From Takakia lepidozioides (lineage: Eukaryota; Plantae; Bryophyta): 64,000 nt of DNA. How positions within the stretch are numbered: position 1 is the stretch's first letter; every line of letters begins with the position of its first letter. The stretch covers positions 33,914,001 through 33,978,000 of the forward strand of contig CM060734.1 of the NCBI GenBank assembly GCA_030704615.1. Reading direction: 5' to 3'. Shown here in pieces: positions 24,101 through 36,681 of this stretch. A model generated the notes under the pieces. It was given only the letters and a program-made list of their open reading frames with translations. It did not search any database and had not been told where the DNA came from. A program made the translations under genes and the position numbers.

Positions 24101-26204
24101 ACATCTCCTGTTTGGACATCAGTTGACAGGGAAGAATTTATTGCCATTCAGACAAGATATTGAAGACAGAGACCTGCATTAGCATGGAAAATAGACAGGT
24201 CTAACATACCTCATGTATATGCCCAAAGACAGACTTCATAACTGAAACGAAATCTGTCTTGGTGGTAAAATCCGTAATATTCAGCAAACCCTTCAGCTGT
24301 TGGAGGCCAATAGTAATAGCTGCACCGGCCATAAATCCAATAATAGCGGCATGTGACAGAAAGTCAATGATGAAACCGAGCCTGTACAGTAGCAAAATTA
24401 CCAGCTTTATAGAGCACAAAGAAGGCAATCTCCAGATCTCAAAAAGTTCAAAGAATTACAATATATTTTAATTCTATTGTTTTTGAATAATATATTTCTG
24501 CTAAGGAAATTTCAAGTTGCTGTCTCAAGCCTAACAAATGTTCTCATGTTTACATGTACACTGTCTTGGAAAGCTCATTACATAATCTGCAGCACTAATT
24601 TTAAATGCTGGCTAGCCTTGTAAGGTTCCAGACATGGAGCAAGGGAGAGACAAGTTTTAGTACATGACTGACAGGAGGTGGAAAGGGTCCCTTGGATCAA
24701 AAGGAGAGAGAGAGATGCTCAAGATGAAACAGAGAGAGATCCTCATGCCAGGACATGAAGTCATGATGGAGACAGTGTCTGGTTTTCCAACAGTGTATAA
24801 GAGGAGAGGAGGGGGAACCTCGTGAGAGGAATTTAAAACCTGAAGAGGCCCAAGGCAGCCTGGAAGACTCCAGCAAAGAAAGTGGCCGTGAAGGCAAGCT
24901 GAGTATATTGTTGTGGATGTTTGACTGGGTCAATCTCCTGCTTCAATAATGTGCCGAGTAATATGGACACGACAGCGACTGGGCCGATGGCTATGTCCCG
25001 TGAGCTTCCCAGTACGGAATATATCAGTGGGGGGACAAAGCTTGAATCTGCCATGGATTTAGGTCAGATATTTGCAAACTTAATGTCAAGTTTACAGAAG
25101 TCTAGAACTCCCTTCACTCTGTCTGTTGCCACTATAAAGTTACTTGAATCTGCTGTATCCCAACGCAAAGATGCAAAAAACTGTTTGGGCATCCTGTGTG
25201 CCTTCCTCTGCGTGCATTTATGTTGAGTTTCTCTGTCAATTTCTCTCTAAGCTGGTCAAGACTGTCTCAAATGGTCCTGGAATGCCTTAAGCTTTTTAGA
25301 AGAATCCTCTGACTTTTAGAGATATCATTCTGTCATTTCCACAGCACAGAAAACTGCTATAGTTTACTCAAGTTGTTCAAGGAAAGGTAGTTCAGCATTG
25401 CATGGAGCAATCACAAACACCTTGGAAGATGGGGTCAAAACCATTTTATCGGAGGGACTCAAAAGGGGTGAAAAGGGTGCGGAGGGGGACACCACTTACA
25501 GAGGCCGTTTACAGGAGGCAAGCCCGCCAGCTTGGCATATCCCAGATCCTGAAAGCCCCACAACAGACAATGTGTATGTTCATCATTAAGATTATCCTTT
25601 AAGGTATGCTTCAAACTGCAAATACCTTACAGGGCAAGGGAAAGCAGAAGACAGACAATGTGACATTCTGAAAATTTGACGTCTACAGTTTCTGCCGAAG
25701 GCATTGATACAAATTGGAAGGACAGATGTAAAAGAAAAAAAAGTGTTTCCATGTGCATTCCTACTGAGTCCCAAGATGCTTTCCACTACAAGTGTTATTC
25801 GTACAACTACAATTTGGACCAGATAAATTATAAAATACCTGAGGAATGGCAAGGCTGGCGATAGTGAACCCTGCAATGAGATCACCTGGCAGCATTTTAA
25901 GTTGGTAACTTGGCAACCAGTCGAGAATCGGAAACACATACTTAAGACCCAGTAGAAAACGTGCTCCTCTTGGCTGGTTCTTGAACTGGCGAAAGGAGTC
26001 TTCATAGAAGAAGGTCTCTTTCACCGCCCCCCCAAATTCTGCAGCTATGCTGCCCTTTGGTGGAAGGTTTACTTTGTGGACCAATGGCAAAGCCTCTCCT
26101 GTAGGATTTACCTTACCAGATGCCAACGGTCTGTAGGTCACCTCGGCAGGTGGTCTCCTGTCACCGTCCTTGTGCTCATCGTTCTCAGAGTCATTGAAAT
26201 TCAT
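18137..26204 (-). CDS. SULTR: Sulfate transporter, SLC26/SulP family with C-terminal STAS domain
   Basis: 13 exons: about 26204-25839, 25548-25500, 25048-24840, 24381-24210, 24016-23951, 23629-23516, 23054-22937, 22779-22653, 22235-21948, 21106-20916, 20663-20575, 18524-18448 and 18295-18137. Motifs [93 protein letters not shown]. Confidence 0.95.
18561..20330 (-). mobile_element. 5'-truncated non-LTR retrotransposon (RTEX/RTE-like) in SULTR intron 11
   Basis: RT motifs [29 protein letters not shown], with one frameshift near 20050. C-terminal [23 protein letters not shown]. (TTTCA)n tail at 18561-18635. Confidence 0.9.
21230..21620 (+). mobile_element. LINE 3' fragment in a SULTR intron
   Basis: [29 protein letters not shown]. 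Homologous to 5940-6200. Confidence 0.6.
22491..22598. repeat. Perfect 54-bp tandem duplication (intronic)
   Basis: CTGAGAAATAGCTGAAACCCCACCATAAATAAGTGCACGTGAGCTCTTTCATGC occurs twice. Confidence 0.9.
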
Positions 26205-27594
26205 TTTCCCTGTTTGCGCCTAGCAAAGAAAGCTGTCATTTGACACCATTTAGTTCAAGATGTATGTACAGTCCTTCCTCTCCAGGTGTCTCGGGAGAAG
26301 AATGAACTCTACAGAGAAGGACTTCATGGTAAGTGCCAGACATAGCCCTAATCCACCATCAGTCATCTCTCATTGATAACGAACGAGATCAGTCCCATAC
26401 GTATGCCAAATACTCCTCCATGTGAACCTTGTGCAAGTTTGGCAGTCAAATTCATACCGCTACTAGATTTCCGATAATTCCTAAGCAAAATTGATCCATT
26501 CGGAGTTCGGAGCATTCAGAAGCTTTCGAGGCCTTTCGCCCTAGATCCGACCATAAAATCTCTCTCTCGCTCTCTCGCTCTCTCTCTCTCTCGAACCGGT
26601 ACACATCACAAGCTAGCTCAAATTAAACTGGTAGCTCTAAATTTAAAAAATCGGCTTTTAGAACTCACCTGACACAACCTCAAGCTCGATGATTCCCGAT
26701 GAGGACTAAAAATCTACGTGTCTTGCACAGCCCTTCTTAATTGTGGAATCTCTGAAAATTCCCTCCTACTAGGGAGCCTCCAACTAAATTGATCCCCATG
26801 ACCATAATTTCGTGACAGTGGAGAGATGGCTAGAACTCCGAGGTAGAGAAACAGCATAGGGATCCACAGCGCCTTAAGTAGAGAATTGTAAGCAGAAGCT
26901 GCCACAAGAGCGGGCGATGCCTCCGGCAGCGCCGCCTTCTCGCAGCTGCCATGGCCTCGCTCCCACCAACCCGACCCTCCTCGCTCTCCTTTTTTTATTT
27001 CGCATCCAAAAGGAAATGTCCGTCGCATTCTTGCGCCAAAACACTGATTCTCCAGCTGAAAAATAAACTATTTTCTGGGATTGTTTCTATTTTCCGATTT
27101 TATCACGAAAAATCCTGCTTTTTTCTTATAAACGCTAAAATTAAAGAAATTGTGGACGAGAAGCGGCGACCGGCATCTTCAAACCCGGCGTTGAAAGGTA
27201 GAAACCCGTCACCCGGGAACGGGGGTTGGGGGTGCATGGCGGGCCAGGGCGGGATGGCGACCAGATGCATGCCCCCTTCCAGGTGGCAGGCCACACATCG
27301 CGGGTTGCCTCCGTTGACTCTTAAAAAAACGGCCTGGTGGGATATTTTGGTCCAGGGAGTTACAAGTCAACTCGCACACGTGCTGTGGCTTAAGGAAACA
27401 CGTCCGGGGATCGACTTGGGCATTCCGGCTTTATACCATTACACACAAGTATGGCTATATATATAGGTGAGGATAAGGATGCCGGACGACTATGCTAGGC
27501 CAGGCATGGCCATTATGCCATGTCGCTAATGTTGCCTTCCATGTCATGCATGCATGTTAATCAATGTACAGGTAGCGTGATGGAAGGGTAAATA

Positions 27595-27802
27595 AGGGGC
27601 GTAAAGGATTTTGGGGGCAGATTCTGCCGTTTTTGAGGCAAATTAGGAAGCAGAAGATGGGCGCTCCACCGCGCTGGCGCTTTCTGCATTCCTAATCGGT
27701 TGTTTGACTCTCCTAATCAGCAGTTTGACTTTTATTGGCTCATTATGGCGTGCAGCCAATCAGGGCGTCCCAGAATCTGCCCCCCAAAATTCCCTCACGC
27801 CA
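27595..27802. mobile_element. MITE-like inverted-repeat element
   Basis: GGCGTAAAGGATTTTGGGGGCAGATTCTG ... CAGAATCTGCCCCCCAAAATTCCCTCACGCC. Confidence 0.6.
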
Positions 27803-27910
27803 GGGAACGCGCCCCCTAGGGCCTAGTTCGTCCCTAGGTCTCGGCGGCCTACCGGCCTCGCCCTAGTAACTCACTAGGAGCTATAATGCGCCCTAGGGGC
27901 GGTCTCTAGT

Positions 27911-28176
27911 GCGTTAAAAGCAGGTGTGGCTGATTCTGCCACTTTTTCGGCCTAATTCTCAGGCCCAATCGGCAGGGATGGCCGATTGCGCATGGCAGAC
28001 CCACCACTGAGGCCCATGTCATCTGCCATCAACCCAACCCACGCACCTTCCCCGGAGGCTCACCCCGTTTATATCCTCTCCGGGGCTCTGAATCTGGGCA
28101 ATCGATATGGGATAATCGAACCTCAATCATATTGCGTCACGTAGCGGCGAGAATCCGCCACACCTGCTTTTAACGC
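27911..28176. mobile_element. MITE-like inverted-repeat element
   Basis: GCGTTAAAAGCAGGTGTGGC ... GCCACACCTGCTTTTAACGC. Confidence 0.65.
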
Positions 28177-28708
28177 CAATGAACTGGCCGCTTTTAGCCG
28201 ACTCTGCCCTGTGCGCGGCCATAGGGCTCGCCCTGACGGGCTCGCCCAAAGGCCGCTTACAGGGCAGAATCCGCCAAACACGGCCCGTTCTCTAGTACGT
28301 AAAGAACTGCCCAGAATTTTCCTATATGATTCAAGGTCCCTCCTGACGGGAATATGCCTCAAACATTCTGCAAATTGGAGAAACATTCTGCAGATTGGAT
28401 GAAAATTCTGAGCCCGTTCGGGAAGGCCCATGCACGCCGGGGGGGGGGCCATTCCACGATTTTCGAGATGCCAGCCTCCGGCCCTCAGCAGGCAGCCCTT
28501 AAATCATAACCAATTTTTAGAGCAGGCTCGCTGACATGGCGTGTCTCTACTGGATTTGAGGAGGGGTGCTATATGTGGTATTCTACGACCTACTAGATTT
28601 TAACTACCTATGCGGCTGGGTAGGTCCTGGCTCCTGCTATATACGGTGGTGGTAGGTAAGCACAAGGGTAAACTGACTGGCTCGCTGCCCTAAAAACTGG
28701 TTATGTCT

Positions 28709-29900
28709 GGTAGCACTCCAGAGGAGCCCCTGCTTAGGGAATTCCAAAAAGGCCTTGATGTGAAATGCATCGCAATTCACTTCATCGACCCCTAAAAGTG
28801 CGCAATTCAATTGAATTGCAAAGGCAATTCAATTGAACTAACCCTAATTTGCAATTCAATTGAATTGCCAACTCGCAATTGAATTGTAATCTATAATTTT
28901 TAACTTATTTCTGTATATAATATATATATATTATACATATATATAGGTATAAGCTAAAAATACATGTTGCCCGTCTATTCTTGTTGTCCGTCTATCAATC
29001 CTTTGCCCGTGGTAAGGCTTGAGCCCAAGATAAGCCTAAGGGAGAGCGAGAGAGGGAGAGAGAGAGAGAGGAAGTCACGAAGCGCTTGTAAAAGCGGGAT
29101 TGTCTCTCTTTGTGGATGTTGGTGCCAATATATGGCTATGTACATATACCAAACATGATACCAATGTAAGAATATCAACGTGTAAGAGTTTGATATATTA
29201 AACTTATATAGAACACACATCCCAACTTCAACATGATACCTTTGTAAGGGTATCGAAATTTTTGATAATTCTCAAGATGAACATATTTTTTGTTTTCTTT
29301 GTCCTGGACCAGATACTAGTGTTAGGGGACTACATGGTGATGCAAGGGAAGCCTTTCATCAATTGTCAAGTTTGATTTGTCTGTTTTTTTCGGACCCAGC
29401 CATGTTTCTTTTGCCAGTGAATCACAGGAAGCCGCTGATCTGTCTCCGTCTCTGGCTCTCCCTTTCTCGCTGAGGCTGAGGGTGGCTTCACAACTCCACA
29501 ATTTCCTCAAGGGCACAAGAAAGAGGGCCAGCAAGAATAGACGGGCAACATGTATTTTTAGCTTATACTCTTGTATGTGTATAAATATAATTTGAATATA
29601 TACATGTACATATATATTATATATTATATACAAAAATAAGTTAAAAATTATAGATTACAATTCAATTGAATTGCCAACTAGCAATTCAATTGAATTGCCA
29701 ATTAGGGTTAGTTCAATTGAATTGTGCACTTTTAGGGGGTGATCAAGTGAATTGCGATGCATTTCACATCAAGGCCTTTTTGGAATTCCCTACCTGCTAC
29801 CGGATATAGCAGGGAGCCAGGACCTATGGAGCCGCGCTAGTGGCGAGGTGTCATGGCGACCTGCTATATCCGGTAGCAGGGGTTCCTCTCGAATGCTACC
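28709..29900. mobile_element. Small MITE interrupted in its left TIR by a 1058-bp element
   Basis: Left end GGTAGCACTCCAGAGGAGCCCCTGCT|ACCGGATATAGCAGG pairs with right end CCTGCTATATCCGGTAGCAGGGGTTCCTCTCGAATGCTACC. Confidence 0.65.
28735..29792. mobile_element. Non-autonomous DNA transposon with about 200-bp TIRs, TAGGG...CCCTA ends and a 6-bp TSD
   Basis: TIR TAGGGAATTCCAAAAAGGCCTTGATGTGAAATGCATCGCAATTCAC... containing repeated CAATTCAATTGAATTG palindromes. CCTGCT duplicated at 28729-28734 and 29793-29798. Confidence 0.85.
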
Positions 29901-30358
29901 TAGTCCGTGGAATGCCCTAGGGCAAGGGCCTTCCCCTAAACAAAAGTCCCGAGTCTAGAGATCATCTCCCAACTCTATGCATAGTTGGGGCGTCTACGAA
30001 GAAAATTATCGTGAAACTGCAATTGATGCTTCCCCCTAGATATCATTGAACTTGTTTTTGGATTTGTGGAAAGCATAGTACACTGATATTTCAGCATATC
30101 ATCAAAATAGCCCATAAATTTGCTTGGAGTCTAGCTAATCTTGCTTGGTTTTTCTTCAATTATTAAACAGAAAATATTTGTTAATTACCATCGAACTGCC
30201 ATCCTTGATGCATGCATGATATGCTTGACATTCGTGCTGTTATGACGCATGGCTTGATAGATAGTCTGGGTCTGTAACAAATGTGGAATGATAACACAAT
30301 AAACTTAACATTTATAGGAAGGATTTCAAAAAAAAACACTTATGTGTAGGGTAAATAC

Positions 30359-31214
30359 CAGTGTTGGCCGGGTACCATGTTTTGAGCCCTCTTCCAGTCC
30401 CGTTTATGGCCTATTCCTTGAAAAAAATGGATGGCCGGGGGAGGGTATATCAATGGGTTTGAAAAACATCTCGGTTATAGGTTCTCATCAAACACATGAA
30501 TTTTTTCTTGTCCGGTTCTCAATCTACCGGTTATGCCATCTTAAAAATTGCCGGTTCCATGGTACCGGTTATGGGATTCATCCATCCATTTTATATTTTT
30601 ACTTTCTCTAGCATTTTTGTGTATGTGTGTGAAAGTACACAATAGGGCTCTGGCATGGTGGTAAGCCACTTGTGGATTGGCCTGTGGGTCTCAGATTCAA
30701 ACGTTCAACCCCTATCATCTATCTATTGCCTTCAGGCTGCCCCTGTAATACACCAAGTTTATAACTATTGTTTAGCCAAATGCCCAACTAATTAATTTCC
30801 TATTTACTTGGACATCCTCAATGTTGTGCACCTAATCTCCCCAACCATTGTAAACGTATCGTTTTCTTTTTTCTTTTTTTTTTCTTTTTTCTTTCTCTTT
30901 GTATCGTTACTAGTAAGACATAATCAGGGTCTGTCCATCTACAATAATCTTAACTACCATCACCCTACCATCACCAACCCCTATACCTATATTATCTAGA
31001 ACCGCCTCTACGCCATCCCCATTCGTGCTCCGAGTATAACACCCTCATAATCACAATGCCGGTTCTCTAGCCGGTTAGGAAGCTCGATGGCTTTTGCCGG
31101 TTCCCTTCCATAGCCATTTCCTCCGGGGGCTGCACTTTCCGGGTATGCATATGTGTATAACCGGCAAATAACTGTCGGGTATGCATGTCCAGATGCCATA
31201 CCCGGCCAACACTG
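30359..31214. mobile_element. Non-autonomous hAT-type element
   Basis: TIR CAGTGTTGGCCGGGTA / TACCCGGCCAACACTG. Perfect 8-bp TSD GTAAATAC. Confidence 0.9.
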
Positions 31215-31404
31215 GTAAATACTAAAGAACCAGGGCAGGTGCTTCACTGGTATGAGCCACGAGGGCCGAGGGCCCCCCCCCAAGTGGTTATGGGCGAGTA
31301 TGAAGTACAGCGCCCTGGTTCTTTACCCAGCGTAAATAATTTTTAAAAGAAATCCCAACTTCTACCACGTGTCTTTTCTTTTAGGCTTCTCTTCTTTTTG
31401 TTTG

Positions 31405-31770
31405 TCTCGTCTCTTTGCGAGCTACCCTTTGGTGCCAGCTGTCTACTCGCTTTCTTTACGATATCTGGAAAGATGGTGACCTGTAGGGGAGTGAGCTTAC
31501 AAAATGTAAGCGCCTTGCCAGCATGGTCTCTTTGCGGGCTACCATTTGGCACCAGCTGTCTACTTGCTACTCGCTTTTCCTTACGATATCTGGAAAGATG
31601 GTGACATGTACGGGAGTGAGCTTACAAAATGTAAGCACCTTGCCAGCCTCGTCTCTTTGCGGCTACCTTTCGGCCCGAGCTGTCTGCTTGCTTTTCTTTA
31701 CAATATCTGGAAAGATGGTAAACTGTACGGGAGTGAGCTTACAGTTTGTAAGCACCTTGCCAGCCTAGCA
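31405..31770. repeat. Tandem repeat, three copies of a unit of about 120 bp
   Basis: GTCTCTTTGCG..GATATCTGGAAAGATGGT..GGAGTGAGCTTACA..GTAAGC..CCTTGCCAGC repeated three times. Confidence 0.85.
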
Positions 31771-34700
31771 AGGTGCTTATGTTTTGTAAGCCACTGGCGC
31801 CAGGTGCTTACGCTCCGTAAGCCACTCCCATGACGTGGCGCTATATTAGGCCACCCAAAATACAACTGGTTTTTTTTTTTTTAATTGTTTACGTAGTAAC
31901 TAAGCAGACCTATTGGATATTGGAAAGTGAAACCAGCGTACAGAAAAAATAATATAAAATAAAGGGGGCAAATCTTGTGTTATCTAGCTGCCTCCAATTT
32001 ATACATCACAGTCGTTAAAAACAAATTAAGAGCCATATTTATTTGTCGATACTCTTCAACTTTACTTTAATTATATCTTTTTTCTATTGACACAAGTTTT
32101 TCTAATCAGCGTGGTTAGTCATCCGGTCGTACTTGAATGTTGGACAAAACACTAGAATGAGACACCCCAGGAAGCTATGATTTGACGGAAGTTGTATGAA
32201 TGTCCTAAGCCTAGTTAGATGGAAACTATAAGGGATAACCTACTTATTGAGGAAACTTACTTTCTTCTTTTTTATATTTATTGAGGAGTAGTTAGGACTC
32301 CTAATGCCTAACTAAAGAGGAAAATAACACTTATTGAGGGCCACTTAGTAAAGGAGTGAGCATCTAAAGAACAATTAATCTTTGTAAAATAGTAGAGACT
32401 ATGAAAAGTAGTGATTTTTTTTTTAAATTTCTCCAAAATCACCCTAGGGATTCTACCAAGTGCCGATGTGGCAAGAATAATGAGGTGGCAGGTTTAGAAA
32501 AGTGGCTGTATAACAGGTGGCACGTTTTTAACGGGTCATGTAGGCAAAATCAGTCTCCTGATATTCAACTGGCTTTCTGGCAAAAAATTTGGTTCTTACT
32601 CCCATTAATTCATTTGTACAAGTAGCCACCCATGGTCGAAAACTGGCGATTTTCACCAGAAAGAAAAAACATTGATGAAAAGTGTAACAAAATTAGATAA
32701 TGGAGAGAACACTTATAGAGCTAGACTGTAATCCATCTGAGTTGTGCGATCATTTGTAATCTAGGGATCATTCCTTGGAATGTGTGGCCCTCATCCATAC
32801 GTTCGAAAACGACAGAAGGCCGAGTCAGCAGCCCCTAAGCAATGTAAGAAAACAACTTGCCCCCTTCATCGCCCCCAAAATCGTCATCTTACAAATTTTT
32901 GTAAGGCCCTAGGTGTCTTATGTATGAGGTAAAGTCCTGCATCGAGGACTTTCTGCGATTTAAGATGTTGCACGAGGGAGTTAGCCCCAGGGCAATGTCT
33001 AAAATCGCAGAAAGTCCGAGGTGCAAGACTTTACCTCACGTTAAAAACTCCAAATGTTTGAACCATCAATGTCTTTCTGGAATGTTCAGATCTGATTATG
33101 GCGATAAGCCCATGGGCTTCACCCCATAACCCCACCCAAGGAAATTACGAAATTCAAGGCCCTCCAAAAATACAGTGGAAAAATATTTGGAGGTCTTACG
33201 CCTGACGTTGATGTCCCGTCTGAGAAGGTGACAATCTTAACAAAGGAAATTCCTAAGGCAGTTTATTAAGGAAAATATAATTGTGGTTAAATTGAAAATT
33301 CATTCATGATAGTGCTGCTTTTATGATGCATGGCTTCATTACTGAACATGGACCCAGCTATTATTGTGTCCCCACAAGTAGGGGCTTGAAATAGCATGGG
33401 CAGTTTTGTATACATGTATTATATTTTAGTATAATCGGACAAACCCTGTGTTTTCCTTTGCAATCAGGGATGCATGGGCAGAATTCCAAGTATATTTTTG
33501 GAATTTCAATGTATTACTGTTTGCACTAGATAGGTAACAGGGAAGCTGAGGAGCAATATATGTGGAAGGGGGTTGATATCCTGTGAGCACGGCGTGAGCA
33601 TGCTCACGTGAGCACGGCGTGAGCACAACCCCCGGTCATAGGGGTTAAATTTTTTCAAACCGTGGTCATAGGAATTACATGTTAACAGGCACGGTGCATA
33701 TGAGTACCTTCAGATTTATTTTCTCAATGCGAAAATAATTTTTCTAGGGCTTAAACTGCCGATACTCGAACTGAAAACCACAATTTTTGTTTTATGTTGG
33801 TTTTCAGGGGTTTTCTTGGGTATCCAGTTCGCATAACGTGAGGAAACCCCACGCCTATAGGATAACATGTTTATCGTATATAGTGTTACTTGTTTCTTAA
33901 GTGATGTTGTGAGGGCCTATGTGAGCACTTAAAAAAAGTTTCACAAAGTTTTTAGTTTCTCAATTTCTAGTTTCGCTGGAGAATATTCGAAAGGCGTCTC
34001 GCCAACACAAGTTCAAGCTACTCTTGTTTCCAGTCCCAGTACTGTAGTCCAGCAATATCCTTAATATTCGCTTGTGCTCACGTGAGCATGCTCACACGCT
34101 ACCTAACCTCATGTGGAACAAGGGAGCAAAGATCTGCTTCAAGGACTTCGAATTTTTTTGGGATGTAAAACTATTATCTTAACTTCTTTGAATCATCGAA
34201 TATACCAATTCAACCACACCTTGGCTGAGGTTTCAAGTTTCAACTCCACACCCCAATATTTCCGAATCAATGCACCCAACAACCAAGCTATTCATCGCTT
34301 TCTTGCCCCATTTAAAATTTTAATGCTTTATTCTATAATATAAGCGTGAGGGAGTGGGGATTTGACTGTGCCCGCCAAGGGCCTCCCGTCTCCTACAAGC
34401 CCTGACGTCCCTACCGGAGCCCCCAACTCCATGTGTAGTGTCTTTGATATTCTAAATGGATATAGTATTGCATATAGAATTGCATATAGGGAATATTGCA
34501 CTAATATTCTACATATAGAGTTATCTATATGGATTACGCAATATGGAGTCGTTGGGCCACTATGGATTACAACATGCCCTAGCAAATTATTTCAAGTCTT
34601 TCCACATTTGATTTACAAGCCAAGTAGTCCCAATTTATGCTGGCCAAAAGAAAGAAAATTAAAACAAATCTGCTATGAATTTTCCTTTCTGTTTTTAGGA

Positions 34701-35914
34701 CTATTTTTAGCATAAATATTGATAGTTAGTACTAGTTTATGCTGCTTTTGAGGTATCTTATTTGGCATAAAAGACGAGTTCAAATCATTGCACATTTTTT
34801 TGTTTCAATTATCTACTCGAACTGTTCCCTAATTACCTTATCCAAATGTATTTTGAAGGACCTCATGAGCAAAAATCGTCCCCTATAGAATTCCACGTTT
34901 TGCATTCCACGATTTGCCCTAGGGCTCAACGTGGGCTCTTTTTCCCACACATGATTTATGAAGTAAAATCTTGGCCCCAGAATTTTCCGATGCTCTTTTA
35001 CCCTTCTCCTTGGAACATGTGTCTCAAAATCGTGGAAAGCTATGGGGCCAAGACTTTATCACTTACATAGCATAAGCAAGATTTCTTATACGACATGAGC
35101 ACATCATTGGCTGGCAATCAATCTTCTAGTTTTTAAGATACTTTCTTTACACATGACAAGAACATCGCAGCAGCAGATAGACTTCACAAAGAGGACACAC
35201 TTTGCCCAAAAGAGTTTTCATGTTTTGACAAAGCTTCTACAAGACTCCGCCTGATTTGTGTCTGATAGGGCGTTGCTTGGGTAAGTTTAAAGTTGTGGCG
35301 AATACATGGAATAGTAAACAAGCGGCTCTTTGCGTAATGGTTTTTTTTTTTTTTTTTTTTTTCAAATAATAAATTAACAAGGAGCGGTGGAACTGGAAAA
35401 CTTTATTGAATGATGGATTATTTGAAGGGAAAAAATTAAACCCTTTTGTGCCCATAGGTTGCCATAAGGCATAACTCACGGAAGACCGTGCCGGATAAAT
35501 CACGAACCATTTGCTTAAGATGTGATGTACCACCACATGAGGTACTATGTCAGCAGGGAGCAGTTTCCCTTTGCAACGACCAATGCAGAGAAGAATTAAC
35601 CTGGTTGGGACCCAGAATCATGAAACTAAATCGATTGTAATCTGGAAATGTAAAAGTAGACAAGCCGAGGCTTGGAGGCTTAGAAGGAGGTGGCTAGAGA
35701 GAGAGCTGGGGTTTGAGCTGGGGAGGGTGAAGGCGCATAGAAGAGGGAGGCGATGGATTGAAAGAGAGATGGGTGGTCAATGAATTAGAGCCCGACAAAG
35801 AGCCTCACAGTGATAACTAAGGCTTGATGTGCTTCCAATTGATGTCGGATCGCTCGAACTCAGGGGATGCTGAAGATGCCAGATTGTCGCCCCTGCCAGG
35901 AGAGAGGTATTGGC

Positions 35915-36681
35915 CAGTGTTGGACCGGTATCATCAACATTTCATACCAGCCAGGGTATGGTATTGTCGGTGACGAGGCCTCCTTCATACCTGGCAAGTG
36001 ATGGTATCAAAGTAGGTATTAAGCTTTTGATGTACCAGTCTGGTATGTATATTGTTTTTGTTTGGCTTGGTATGGTATGGTATCAATATTTCAAATTTCA
36101 AATCTTATACTGGGGGTATATCAATACTCGTATCAATACAGTTATTTTTTTATTTTATTTTATTTTTAAACTGAAAAATAAAAATCTGTCCAAATTATTT
36201 CGCTGAGGTGAGCACTTCAGCCGCTGAAGTGATCACCTCATGGGCTGAAGCGCTCACCTCAGCGGTTGAGTGCCGCAACAAGGAGCGGGATCTCACCTCA
36301 AGTAATTTGAGGTCACCTTACAAGAGCCATATTACAGGCTGATAAATGAGACAATGCTCCAAGCCTAAGCAGATTTTCGCCAAAATCGCCATTCAGATCG
36401 TCTCAATCAAAGAGCCGCAACTCTCCATGCTGCACCCTAAATCCCTATATCCCTAACGCTCCACATATTGATATCTAGGGTGCAAGTGATGGCGGTAGAC
36501 ATAACACTGGTATTGACAAAGGTGCGTTCTTTGCGATACCAGGCTGGTATGGTATATTGCCCTCAATATGTTCTGCCCAGGGTATTGCCAGTTGCTTATA
36601 CCCGCCTGGTCTGGTACCCTGCCGTAATACCCTTACCCGTGCTGATACCCCGCCTCACCCCCATATACTGGTCCAACACTG
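35915..36681. mobile_element. Non-autonomous hAT-type element nested in the L1 3' UTR
   Basis: TIR CAGTGTTGGACC / GGTCCAACACTG. TSD GTATTGGC / GTATTGAC (1 mismatch). Confidence 0.85.

Noticed and set aside
31405-31770. CRISPR-like array (also 55480-55730)
   Set aside because: Whole units repeat without unique spacers, the context is eukaryotic and there are no cas genes.
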